From the NCBI RefSeq assembly GCF_001457615.1, contig NZ_LN831024.1, forward strand, positions 5,010,001 to 5,042,000: a stretch of DNA of 32,000 nt, given 5' to 3'. Positions 23,610-32,000 of the stretch are shown here, piece after piece. Source of the stretch: Pseudomonas aeruginosa (GTDB taxonomy: Bacteria > Pseudomonadota > Gammaproteobacteria > Pseudomonadales > Pseudomonadaceae). The notes beneath the pieces are model-generated. The model worked only from the letters and a program-made list of their open reading frames with translations, ran no database searches and had not been told where the DNA came from. The position numbers were made by a program, and so were the translations under genes. Positions within the stretch are counted from its first letter, which is position 1, and each line of letters starts with the position of its first letter.

Positions 23610-24220
23610 CTAGGCCAGGGCTTGCGCATAGCGACGCGCGACCTCCCGCCAGTCGATCACGTTGTAGAAAGCGCCGATGTATTCCGGGCGGCGGTTCTGG
23701 TACTTCAGGTAATAGGCGTGCTCCCATACGTCCAGGCCGAGGATCGGCGTATTGCCGTTCATCAGCGGGCTGTCCTGGTTGCCGCTGCTCTCCACCAGCA
23801 AGCTGCCCTGGGGAGTCACGCTGAGCCAGGCCCAGCCGCTGCCGAAGCGGGTCAGCGCAGCCTTGGTGAACGCATCCTTGAACGCCTCGAAGCCCCGAGC
23901 TGCTCATCGATGGCCCGCCCCAGGTCGCCATCGGGACGGCCACCGCCCTGGGGCGACATCACGGTCCAGAACAGCGAGTGGTTGGCATGCCCACCGCCAT
24001 TGTTGACAACCGGGGTGCGCAGCTTCTCCGGCAGACCAGCCAGTTGCCGCAGCAGACTTTCCACCGGCTGCTCGGCATAGGGCGTGCCTTCCAGCGCGGC
24101 GTTCAGGTTGTTCACATAGGTCTGGTGGTGCTTGCTGTGGTGGATCTCCATGGTCAGCGCATCGATGTGCGGTTCCAGGGCATCGTAGGCGTAAGGCAAG
24201 GGCGGCAAGGCGTGGGGCAT
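23610..24220 (-). pseudogene. sodM: Manganese-type superoxide dismutase, apparently frameshifted (one base short)
   Basis: N-terminal frame [43 protein letters not shown]...AIDEQLG then garbled [13 protein letters not shown]. The rest ([56 protein letters not shown]) continues in another frame. Span is 611 bp; 612 bp would give an intact 203 aa SOD. Break near CCCC at 23893-23896. Confidence 0.85.
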
Positions 24221-24232
24221 GGAAACTCTCCG

Positions 24233-24682
24233 TCAGTGATAGCGAAGTGAGGGGGGCGGAGCGAGGAACTCGGGTCGGACCTCCGCGTTCGGCGGTCCCT
24301 TGAGCAGGCGCTCGGTGCGCGGATAGGCACCGTGTTCGCCGATGAACGACAGCAGTTCGACATAGGTGCGCCGGCTGTGATGCTGGGCCGCCTGGCGCAG
24401 GGCCAGCGGCAGCTTCTGGTCGGCGCTGACCCGCAACAGGCGCTCGTGGCAGGCGCACAGGTATTCTGCGGTCTCCTCCGGTTGCTCCAGTTGCAGGTGC
24501 AAGTCGGCCAGGTTGTGATGGGAAATCACGAACGCCATCACCGCCTCGTCGGCGTCGCCCCAGCGTTCCAGCAGCACCTGGGCCAGGGCCAGGGCATGGA
24601 GGTAGTGCTCACGCGCATCGATCAATGCGCCGGTGACGAAACAGCGGTTGCCCTGTTCGATCGTTCGTTGCCAATGACGCAT
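24233..24682 (-). CDS. Conserved hypothetical protein in the fagA/fumC/sod cluster, TPR-like helical composition
   Basis: 149 aa from MRHWQRTIEQGNRCFVTGALIDAREHYLHALALAQVLLERWGDADEAVMAFVISHHNLADLHLQLEQPEETAEYLCACHERLL. Lies tightly between sodM and fumC. Confidence 0.85.
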   Translation of the reverse strand: MRHWQRTIEQGNRCFVTGALIDAREHYLHALALAQVLLERWGDADEAVMAFVISHHNLADLHLQLEQPEETAEYLCACHERLLRVSADQKLPLALRQAAQHHSRRTYVELLSFIGEHGAYPRTERLLKGPPNAEVRPEFLAPPPSLRYH

Positions 24683-24710
24683 GGCGGTACCTCCAAGTGG
24701 TGGGGCGGCC

Positions 24711-26087
24711 TCAGAGGCCGCCAGCCGTGAGTTTTTCCGGATCCAGCAACACCTCCAGGCGCGCACGGTCCAGATCGGTGTTTTCCAGCGCCACATCGAT
24801 GATCGGCCGTCCCTCGCGATAGGCCTGCTTGGCGATTTCCGCAGCCTTCTGGTAGCCGATGATCGGGTTCAGCGCAGTGACCAGGATCGGGTTGCGCGCC
24901 AACGCCTCGCTGAGCTTGCCCTGGTTGACCTTGAAGCTGGCGATGGCCTTGTCCGCCAGCAGCCGGCTGACGTTGGCCAGCAACTGGATGCTGTGCAACA
25001 GGTTGTCCGCCACCAGCGGCAGCATCACGTTCAGTTCGAAGTTGCCCGATTGGCCAGCGACGGCAATGGCGGCGTCATTGCCGATCACCTGGGCGGCGAC
25101 CATCGCGGTGGCCTCCGGGATCACCGGGTTGACCTTGCCGGGCATGATCGAGGAGCCTGGTTGCAGCGCTTCCAGCTCGATCTCGCCGAGCCCGGCAAGC
25201 GGCCCGGAGTTCATCCAGCGCAGGTCGTTGGCCAGCTTCATCAGGGTCACGGCCAGGGTCTTCAACTGGCCGGACGCAGCGACCGCGGTGTCCTGCGAAC
25301 CGATCAGGGCGAAGAAGTCGTCGCCGGGGCGGAACGCCAGCCCGGTCAGGTCGTTCAGCTCCTGGCTGAAACGTTCGGCGAACCGAGGATGGGCGTTGAT
25401 CCCGGTGCCCACCGCGGTGCCGCCCTGTGCCAACTGCTGCAAGGCAGGAAGTACGCTCTCGATGTGCACGCCGGCCTGTCGCACCTGCTGCGCCCAGCCA
25501 CCGAGCACCTGGCTCATGCGTACCGGCATCGCATCCATCAGGTGGGTGCGGCCGGTCTTCACATAGGCATGCACTTCGCCGGCCTTGCTCTGGATAGTCT
25601 GCTCCAGGTGGCGCAGCGCCGGCAGCAGGCGTTCGCTGATCTCGAGGGCGGCACTGATGTGGATGGTCGAGGGAATGATGTCGTTGCTGCTCTGCCCGCA
25701 GTTCACATGGTCGTTCGGATTGACCTTGCCGCCCAGGCGACGACTGGCCAGGGTCGCCACCACTTCGTTGGCGTTCATGTTGGAACTGGTGCCGGAGCCG
25801 GTCTGGAACACATCCACCGGGAAATGCTGCATGAAGTCCTCCTGCAGCAGTTGCAGGCAGGTCTCGGCGATCGCCTCGCCCATCGGTGCATCCAGTTGCT
25901 GCAGGGAGACGTTCGCCCGCGCCGCCGCGGCCTTGGCCAGCAGCAGGGCGCGGACGAAGGCCTGGGGCATGCGTTGGCCGCTGACCGGGAAGTTGTTCAC
26001 CGCGCGCTGGGTCTGGGCGCCATAGAGGGCGGTCGCCGGGACCGCCAGTTCGCCCATGCTGTCGCGTTCGATGCGGGTGTCAGTCAT
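24711..26087 (-). CDS. fumC: Class II (iron-independent) fumarate hydratase
   Basis: 458 aa. SGTSSNMNANEV, and GSSIMPGKVNPVIPEA class II fumarase signature. Confidence 0.97.
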   Translation of the reverse strand: MTDTRIERDSMGELAVPATALYGAQTQRAVNNFPVSGQRMPQAFVRALLLAKAAAARANVSLQQLDAPMGEAIAETCLQLLQEDFMQHFPVDVFQTGSGTSSNMNANEVVATLASRRLGGKVNPNDHVNCGQSSNDIIPSTIHISAALEISERLLPALRHLEQTIQSKAGEVHAYVKTGRTHLMDAMPVRMSQVLGGWAQQVRQAGVHIESVLPALQQLAQGGTAVGTGINAHPRFAERFSQELNDLTGLAFRPGDDFFALIGSQDTAVAASGQLKTLAVTLMKLANDLRWMNSGPLAGLGEIELEALQPGSSIMPGKVNPVIPEATAMVAAQVIGNDAAIAVAGQSGNFELNVMLPLVADNLLHSIQLLANVSRLLADKAIASFKVNQGKLSEALARNPILVTALNPIIGYQKAAEIAKQAYREGRPIIDVALENTDLDRARLEVLLDPEKLTAGGL

Positions 26088-26475
26088 CTTGGTTTCCTTG
26101 TTGCGGGTGATCGAAGCTCATCGACGGCGCCAGGTCCTGCCTGGCCATTCGTACGGAGAGCTGGCGCAGCCGGCGTCGCTGGCTGCCGTTGGTGGTCAGT
26201 CGCTGAAGTTCGCAGAGGGGCCGGTAGGCGTAGTCGAGGCAGAGGCTGCGCCAGTGCCAGGGCAATATCGGATCGCGACCGGTATCGAGCAGGAGGTTGT
26301 AGGCTTTCTCGAACAGCGGCCAGGCGGCCACACCTTCCCAACCGGCGAGATAGCGCGCCTCGCCGAGGTACTGGTCGAGCAGGCGCGGTTCGTCGGGATC
26401 GAGCGCGCAGCGGATCTGCGTGCCCAGCCAGTACCAGTGATCCAATGCTTGCGGGTCGTGCGCCTCGAAGGACAT
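26080..26475 (-). CDS. fagA: FagA, Fur-associated gene product of unknown function
   Basis: 131 aa (MSFEAHDPQALDHWYWLGTQIRCALDPDEPRLLDQYLGEARYLAGWEGVAAWPLFEKAYNLLLDTGRDPILPWHWRSLCLDYAYRPL). First gene upstream of fumC-orf-sod, with a Fur box directly upstream. Confidence 0.85.
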   Translation of the reverse strand: MSFEAHDPQALDHWYWLGTQIRCALDPDEPRLLDQYLGEARYLAGWEGVAAWPLFEKAYNLLLDTGRDPILPWHWRSLCLDYAYRPLCELQRLTTNGSQRRRLRQLSVRMARQDLAPSMSFDHPQQGNQDD

Positions 26476-26491
26476 GGCAACCTCACCAGAC

Positions 26492-26510
26492 GATAATGAG
26501 ATTGATTATT
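26492..26510. promoter_or_regulatory. Fur box upstream of fagA
   Basis: GATAATGAGATTGATTATT matches the 19-bp consensus GATAATGATAATCATTATC at 15 of 19 positions by hand count, 16 bp upstream of the fagA start. Confidence 0.85.
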
Positions 26511-26575
26511 GTTTTCTTCTTGGCAAAAGACAAGCATGGTCCCCATAGAGGCGGACAATTGAACAGGCGGAAACG

Positions 26576-26604
26576 AAAACGCCAGCGACGAGCGCTGGCG
26601 TTTT
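26576..26604. terminator. Intrinsic terminator downstream of pmbA
   Basis: AAAACGCCAGCG-ACGAG-CGCTGGCGTTTT, perfect dyad between pmbA 3' end and fagA promoter region. Confidence 0.85.
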
Positions 26605-26622
26605 ATAGAGGGAAACCCGGCC

Positions 26623-27972
26623 TCAGCGCCCGGCCACCATCATCGACTCGACCAGTACAGAACCGGTATGCAGGTTGCCGCGCCGTTCGATGTCCTTGCC
26701 GACCGCGACGATACGGCGGAACAGGTCGCGCAGGTTGGCGGCGATGGTGACTTCCTGGACCGGGAACTGGATCTCGCCGTTCTCGACCCAGTAGCCGGCG
26801 GCGCCGCGGGAATAATCGCCGGTCACCAGGTTGACGCCCTGCCCCATCAACTCGGTGACCAGCAGGCCACGCCCCATCCTGCGTATGAGAGCGGCCTGGT
26901 CCTCGTCGCCATGGCTGACGAACAGGTTATGCACGCCGCCGGCGTTGGCCGTGCTCGGCAGGCCGAGCTTGCGCCCGGAATAGGTGCCCAGGACATAGGA
27001 CACCAGCTCGCCGTTCTCGACGAATGGCTTGGCATAGGTCGCCAGGCCGTCGCTATCGAAGCTGGCGCTGCCGAGCGCGCCGACCAGGTGCGGCCGCTCG
27101 TCGATGCTCAGCCACTCGGGAAACAGGCGCTGGCCCAGCGCGCCTTCGAGGAAGGATGACTTGCGATACAGGCTGCCGCCTGAGATCGCCCCGAGGAAAT
27201 GGCCGAACAGGCCAACAGCGATTTCCGGAGCGAACAGCACCGGCACTTCGGCGGTCTGCACCGGCCGCGCGCCCAGTCGGCTGGCGGCGCGCTCGGCGGC
27301 GCGCCGGCCGATCGACTCGGCGCTGGCCAAGGCCTCACCACGGCGGTTGACGTCATACCAATAGTCACGCTGCATCTGTCCTTCGCCCTCGGCGATCATC
27401 ACGCAGCTGAGGCTGTGCCGGGTGCTGGCGTAACCACCGATGAAACCGTGGCTGTTACCGTATACCCGGCAGCCCTGGTGGGTATTCAGGGTGGTGCCGT
27501 CGGCCTTGGTCACCCGCTTGTCGGCGGCGAACGCCGCTGCCTCGCAAGCCAGGGCACGTTCCACGGCCTGCTCGGGACTCAGGCTCCATGGATGATAGAG
27601 GTCCAGCTCGGGCAACTCGCGGGCCATCAACGCGGCATCGGCGAGACCGGCGCATTCGTCCTCGGAGGTATGGCGGGCGATCGCCAGCGCCGCCGCCACC
27701 GTCTCGCGGATGGCCGCCTCGCCGGTCGCCGAGGTGCTCGCCGAGCCCTTGCGCTGGCCTGCGTAGAGGGTGATGCCGAAACCTTGGTCACGGTTGAACT
27801 CGACGGTTTCCACCTCGCCCTGGCGCACGCTGGTGGACAGGCCCTGCTCCAGCGACACCGCCACTTCGCAGGCACTGGCGCCCTGGCGGCGGGCCTCGGC
27901 GATGATCTGCTCGACCTGCTCGCGAAGGTCCGGAAGCACGGAGGGACCGACTGCCGCGGCATGTAGACTCAT
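26623..27972 (-). CDS. pmbA: Metalloprotease subunit PmbA/TldE
   Basis: 449 aa. [60 protein letters not shown] and [17 protein letters not shown], TldE/PmbA family. Confidence 0.95.
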   Translation of the reverse strand: MSLHAAAVGPSVLPDLREQVEQIIAEARRQGASACEVAVSLEQGLSTSVRQGEVETVEFNRDQGFGITLYAGQRKGSASTSATGEAAIRETVAAALAIARHTSEDECAGLADAALMARELPELDLYHPWSLSPEQAVERALACEAAAFAADKRVTKADGTTLNTHQGCRVYGNSHGFIGGYASTRHSLSCVMIAEGEGQMQRDYWYDVNRRGEALASAESIGRRAAERAASRLGARPVQTAEVPVLFAPEIAVGLFGHFLGAISGGSLYRKSSFLEGALGQRLFPEWLSIDERPHLVGALGSASFDSDGLATYAKPFVENGELVSYVLGTYSGRKLGLPSTANAGGVHNLFVSHGDEDQAALIRRMGRGLLVTELMGQGVNLVTGDYSRGAAGYWVENGEIQFPVQEVTIAANLRDLFRRIVAVGKDIERRGNLHTGSVLVESMMVAGR

Positions 27973-28070
27973 CTGTTGACTCTCCTGTTGACGTGGCCGC
28001 CCACGCGGCCGGGCCGGACAAGCGGCCCCTGACTCGTTATCATGGCGGCGTTTTCCACTGGACCACCACC

Positions 28071-28595
28071 ATGGCTGAATTTCACGACGACGACTCGCAA
28101 TTCGAAGAGAAGAGCAAGTCGCAGATCAAACGCGAGCTGCATGCCCTGCAGGACCTCGGCGAGCGCCTGACCACCCTGCAACCGCAGTTGCTGGAGCGCC
28201 TGCCGCTCACCGACCCGCTACGCAAGGCGCTGCTCGAGGCGCCGAAGCACAAGGCGCACATCGCCCGCAAACGGCATATCCAGTACATCGGCAAACTGAT
28301 GCGCGACCAGGACGTGGACGCCATCGTCGCCCTCATCGACCAGGTGGACTCCTCCACCCGCCAGTACAACGAACGTTTCCATGCCCTCGAACGTTGGCGC
28401 GACCAGTTGATCGCCGGCGGCGACGCAGCGCTCGACGCCTTCGTCGGGGAGTTCCCCGAGTGCGATCGCCAGCACCTGCGCGGCCTGGTCCGCCACGCCC
28501 AGCACGAGGCCGCGCACAACAAACCGCCGGCCGCCGCACGCAAAGTGTTCAAGTACATCCGCGAACTGGACGAAACCAAGCGCGGCCTGCGCTAG
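28071..28595 (+). CDS. yjgA: YjgA (DarP)/DUF615 ribosome-associated protein
   Basis: 174 aa from [33 protein letters not shown]...[21 protein letters not shown]. Confidence 0.93.
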   Translation: MAEFHDDDSQFEEKSKSQIKRELHALQDLGERLTTLQPQLLERLPLTDPLRKALLEAPKHKAHIARKRHIQYIGKLMRDQDVDAIVALIDQVDSSTRQYNERFHALERWRDQLIAGGDAALDAFVGEFPECDRQHLRGLVRHAQHEAAHNKPPAAARKVFKYIRELDETKRGLR

Positions 28596-28625
28596 GTTTC
28601 GCCGCGCCGGCGCCCGGGCCATGCC

Positions 28626-30068
28626 TCAGGCGCCGGTGCCGCCGACGGTGATCGCATCGATCTTCAGGGTCGGCTGGCCGACGCCGACCGGCACCGACTG
28701 ACCGTCCTTCCCGCAGGTTCCCACGCCACTGTCCAGGGCCAGGTCGTTGCCGACCATGGACACCCGGCTCATCGCTTCCGGACCGTTGCCGATCAGGGTG
28801 GCGCCTTTCACCGGGGTGGTGATCCTGCCGTTCTCGATCAGGTAGGCCTCGCTGGTGGAGAACACGAACTTGCCGCTGGTGATATCGACCTGGCCACCGC
28901 CGAGGTTGGCGCAGTAGATACCCTTCTCCACCGAGGCGATGATTTCCTGCGGATCGCTCTCGCCGGCCAGCATGTAGGTGTTGGTCATGCGTGGCATCGG
29001 CAGGTGCGCGTAGGACTCGCGGCGGCCGTTACCGGTGCGCGCCACACCCATCAGGCGGGCGTTGAGCTTGTCCTGCATGTAGCCCTTGAGCACGCCGTTC
29101 TCGATCAGCACGTTGCAGTTGCTCGGCGTGCCTTCGTCATCCACGCTCAGCGAGCCGCGACGCCCGGCCAGGGTGCCGTCGTCGACGATGGTGCACAGGC
29201 TCGAGGCGACCTTTTCGCCGACCCGGCCGCTGTAGGCGGAGCTGCCCTTGCGGTTGAAGTCACCCTCCAGGCCGTGGCCGACCGCTTCGTGGAGCAGGAC
29301 CCCGGACCATCCCGCGCCCATCACCACCGGCAGGGTGCCGGCCGGCGCGGGAATCGCCTCGAGGTTGACCAGCGCCTGGCGCAGGGCCTCGCGGGCGTAG
29401 CCCATGGCGCGATCCTCCTGGAGGAAATAGCGATAGTCGGTGCGACCGCCGCCGCCGTGGCCGCCGCGTTCACGTCGGCCGTTCTGTTCGACGATCACGC
29501 TGACGTTGAAACGCACCAGCGGACGAATGTCGGCGGCCAGAGAACCGTCGCTGGCCGCTACCAGGATCTGCTCCCAGACGCCGGCCATGCTCACCGTGAC
29601 CTGCTGGATGCGGGGATCGAGCGCACGGGTAGCGGCGTCGATCTGCTTCAGCAACTCGACCTTCTCGGCACGGCTGAGCACGTCCAGCGGGTTCTCGCCG
29701 GCGTACAGGCGAGCCGGCACCACGGCCTTGAACGCCTGCACGCTGCCGTTCTGCCCCGCACGGGAAATCGAACGGGCCGCCACCGCGGCCTGTTTCAACG
29801 CCTCGGCGGTGATCGCATTGCTATAGGCGAAGCCGGTCTTCTCGCCCGACTGCGCGCGTACCCCGACACCCTGGTCGAGATTGAAGCTGCCTTCCTTGAC
29901 GATGCCGTCCTCGAGCATCCACGACTCGGAGACCTGACTCTGGAAATACAGGTCGGCGGCATCGATGCCCGGGCCGTTCAGTTCATGAAGAATGCCGGGC
30001 AGGCTGTCCAGTTCCAGACCACCGGGGGCCAGCAATTGCTGGCTGACGGATGACAACAACTCGCTCAT
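28626..30068 (-). CDS. tldD: Metalloprotease TldD
   Basis: 480 aa from [48 protein letters not shown] (HExxxH zinc site) and [13 protein letters not shown]. Confidence 0.96.
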   Translation of the reverse strand: MSELLSSVSQQLLAPGGLELDSLPGILHELNGPGIDAADLYFQSQVSESWMLEDGIVKEGSFNLDQGVGVRAQSGEKTGFAYSNAITAEALKQAAVAARSISRAGQNGSVQAFKAVVPARLYAGENPLDVLSRAEKVELLKQIDAATRALDPRIQQVTVSMAGVWEQILVAASDGSLAADIRPLVRFNVSVIVEQNGRRERGGHGGGGRTDYRYFLQEDRAMGYAREALRQALVNLEAIPAPAGTLPVVMGAGWSGVLLHEAVGHGLEGDFNRKGSSAYSGRVGEKVASSLCTIVDDGTLAGRRGSLSVDDEGTPSNCNVLIENGVLKGYMQDKLNARLMGVARTGNGRRESYAHLPMPRMTNTYMLAGESDPQEIIASVEKGIYCANLGGGQVDITSGKFVFSTSEAYLIENGRITTPVKGATLIGNGPEAMSRVSMVGNDLALDSGVGTCGKDGQSVPVGVGQPTLKIDAITVGGTGA

Positions 30069-30070
30069 AT

Positions 30071-30918
30071 TCACTCCGTACGCGCCGGCCGCGGTTCGGC
30101 CGGCGGGAAAAATCGTCTGTGCGCCACCACCGGCATGCGCCGGCGGATATCCGCCTGTTCTGCGGCGTCGCGCACCGCCAGCAGCACCGCTTCGCCCTGC
30201 GGCCGCTCGGCCAGGACCCGGCCCCAGGGATCGACGATGGCCGAATGGCCGAACGTCTCCCGGCCCCGTGGGTGAACGCCACCCTGTCCGGCCGCCAGCA
30301 GGTAGCACTGGGTCTCGATGGCACGGGCGCGGACCAGTACCTGCCAGTGCGCCGCGCCGGTCACCGCGGTGAACGCCGACGGCGCCGTGATCAGTTCCGC
30401 GCCGGCCTCGCGCAGGGCGGTATAGAGCTCCGGAAAACGCAGGTCGTAGCAGACCGTCAGGCCGAGGCGGCCGACCGGCGTATCCGCCACCACGATCTTC
30501 TGACCGAAAGCATAGTCGTCGGATTCACGATAGCGGCCCCGCGCATCGGCTACATCCACATCGAACAGGTGCAGCTTGTCGTAGCGGGCGACCCGCTCTC
30601 CGTGCTCGTCGATCAGCAGCGAACAGGCATTCGCCTTCGCCTCGGGTTGCCCATCCGGCGGCAGCGGCAACGTTCCGGCGACTATCCACAACCTGAGGTC
30701 GCGAGCGGCGGAATTCAACCACGGCAGGATAGGCCCGTTCCCCGCGCCTCGGCGCGCCCCAGTTCGGCCAGGTCGCGCCGGCCCATGGCGGCGAAGTTTT
30801 CCGGTAGCACGGCGAGCCGCGCCCCGCCCTCGGCGGCCTGTTCCAGCAGGCGACGGGCGGCGGCCAGGTTGGCCGTCACGTCGTCCTGGCTGACCATCTG
30901 GATCACGGCAATGGACAT
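30071..30918 (-). pseudogene. Carbon-nitrogen hydrolase (nitrilase superfamily, Nit-type), apparently frameshifted (one base short)
   Basis: N-terminus MSIAVIQMVSQDDVTANLAAARRLLEQAAEGGARLAVLPENFAAMGRRDLAELGRAEARG in one frame, then GPILPWLNSAARDLRLWIVAGTLPL...YDKLHLFDV...[13 protein letters not shown] in another. Span 848 bp; 849 bp would give an intact 282 aa protein. Break near CCCC at 30740-30743. Confidence 0.85.
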
Positions 30919-30967
30919 GGTTTCCTCCTTGCGGACGAAAGCGCCGCGTCGCGGCACCGGGCGCCGC

Positions 30968-32000
30968 TCAGCGGGGCTTCTCGAATGGCTTGTCGAAGCT
31001 GATCTTCGGATCCTGCCAGGGGCCCTTGACGCTGTATTGCACGCTGGCGAAGCGCGAGACCCGGTCGCCGAGCAGCTTGTCGACGACGAAGACCGCGCCG
31101 CCGACTGCCGGACCGCCGACTATCAGTGCCGCCAGGGTCAGGTTGTTGGTCAATGGCAAGGTCACCAGCAGCTTGGCGTCGATCCGATCGTGAGCCAGGT
31201 CCAGGGTACCGTTCAACTCCAGGTTGCTCGACGGCCCTTCCAGCTTCAGCGGCTCGCGGGTGACGTAGACGCCGTCGGTGGCGGAGAGAACCCCCTTCAC
31301 CCGGTCATAGCTCAGTCCCTTGCCGAGGATGTCCGAGAAATCCAGGCGCAGCCGGCGGTTGATCGCGTTGAAATTGAGCAGGCCAAACACTCGCAGCGCC
31401 TGGGCGCTGCCTTCGACCTCGACGAACTGCCCCTTGCGCAGCGATGCATCCATGCTGCCGCTGAAGCGCTTCAGGGCCATGTAGGCCGGCGATCCCGGCC
31501 ACTGGCCGTTGATATCCATGCGGAAACGTTCGCTGGTGGCACTCGGCGCGAAATTCCAGGCCTTGAGCACATCCGCCAGGTTCTTGCCCTCGATCCGGCC
31601 CTGATAGGTGCTGCGGGTATTGCCCGGACTGCCGTCCCAACGCAGGCTGCCGTTGACGTGCAGGCCACGCAGGTCGAGGTCCAGGTCGTTGAACGCCACG
31701 CCGTTGCTGCCCGGCCGTACCTTCAGGCTCCAGGCGCCCAGCGGCTGGCCGCCGAGGGCGACCTGGCCGATCTTCACGTCTACCGCCGGCAGGCTGCGCG
31801 GATCGACGGCGGCCAGCGGGTCCGAGTCCTCCACCTTGTTCTCGTCGGGAAGGGTCGACTTCGGCAGGTTCAGGCGGTCCAGATCGACCACGATCGGCGC
31901 GCCCCTGGCATCCGGCAGGACCAGGCGCCCCGATGCGAGGTCGCTGACCAGCACCAGTTGCCAGGCCCGCTCCTGGCGGGCCAGGTCGACGGTCAGGTTC
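30968..32000 (-). CDS. yhdP: Partial YhdP / DUF3971 AsmA-like protein (C-terminal part, runs off window end)
   Basis: Open to window end (NLTVDLARQERAWQLVLVSDLASGRLVLPD...). Contains RFRMDINGQWPGSPAYMALKRFSGSMDASLRKGQFVEVEGSAQALRVFGLLNFNAINRRLRLDFSDILGKGLSYDRVKGVLSATDGVYVT typical of YhdP C-terminus. Confidence 0.92.
   Translation of the reverse strand, partial: NLTVDLARQERAWQLVLVSDLASGRLVLPDARGAPIVVDLDRLNLPKSTLPDENKVEDSDPLAAVDPRSLPAVDVKIGQVALGGQPLGAWSLKVRPGSNGVAFNDLDLDLRGLHVNGSLRWDGSPGNTRSTYQGRIEGKNLADVLKAWNFAPSATSERFRMDINGQWPGSPAYMALKRFSGSMDASLRKGQFVEVEGSAQALRVFGLLNFNAINRRLRLDFSDILGKGLSYDRVKGVLSATDGVYVTREPLKLEGPSSNLELNGTLDLAHDRIDAKLLVTLPLTNNLTLAALIVGGPAVGGAVFVVDKLLGDRVSRFASVQYSVKGPWQDPKISFDKPFEKPR

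Noticed and set aside
23527-23943. 138-aa minus-strand ORF overlapping sodM and the ZIP gene
   Set aside because: Alternative frame within sodM; its protein has no resemblance to a family and arises from the same GC bias.
24681-26750. 689-aa plus-strand ORF opposite fumC and fagA
   Set aside because: Antisense shadow; covers the Fur box, fagA and fumC, no recognisable domain.

Overview
This 32 kb window is dense, high-GC core chromosome that I recognise from protein sequence and gene order as Pseudomonas, almost certainly P. aeruginosa (the cysDNC to yhdP region; approximate PA4440-PA4476 equivalence is from memory, not a search). About 35 protein genes fall into these blocks: a partial alpha/beta hydrolase; zapG/yhcB-like; cysNC and cysD; mltB; a Nif3-family gene; algW; hisC-hisD-hisG-murA-ibaG; mlaB-C-D-E-F; divergent kdsD-kdsC-lptC-lptA-lptB-rpoN-hpf-ptsN-rapZ-ptsO; a Fur-box-preceded fagA-fumC-(unknown)-sodM-ZIP transporter cluster; pmbA/tldE, yjgA, tldD, a nitrilase-family gene, and partial yhdP. 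I see no CRISPR array, phage, transposon, tRNA or rRNA, and nothing I would call an undescribed defence or mobile system. The items most worth a second look are: (1) the iron-responsive fagA cluster, which holds two poorly characterised small proteins; (2) two apparently frameshifted genes (sodM and the nitrilase-family gene), each missing one base at a short G/C run; (3) a long hairpin in the hisG-hisD gap; (4) small dyads before rpoN and in the mlaF/kdsD divergent region. Most of the long antisense ORFs in the supplied track are high-GC artefacts.
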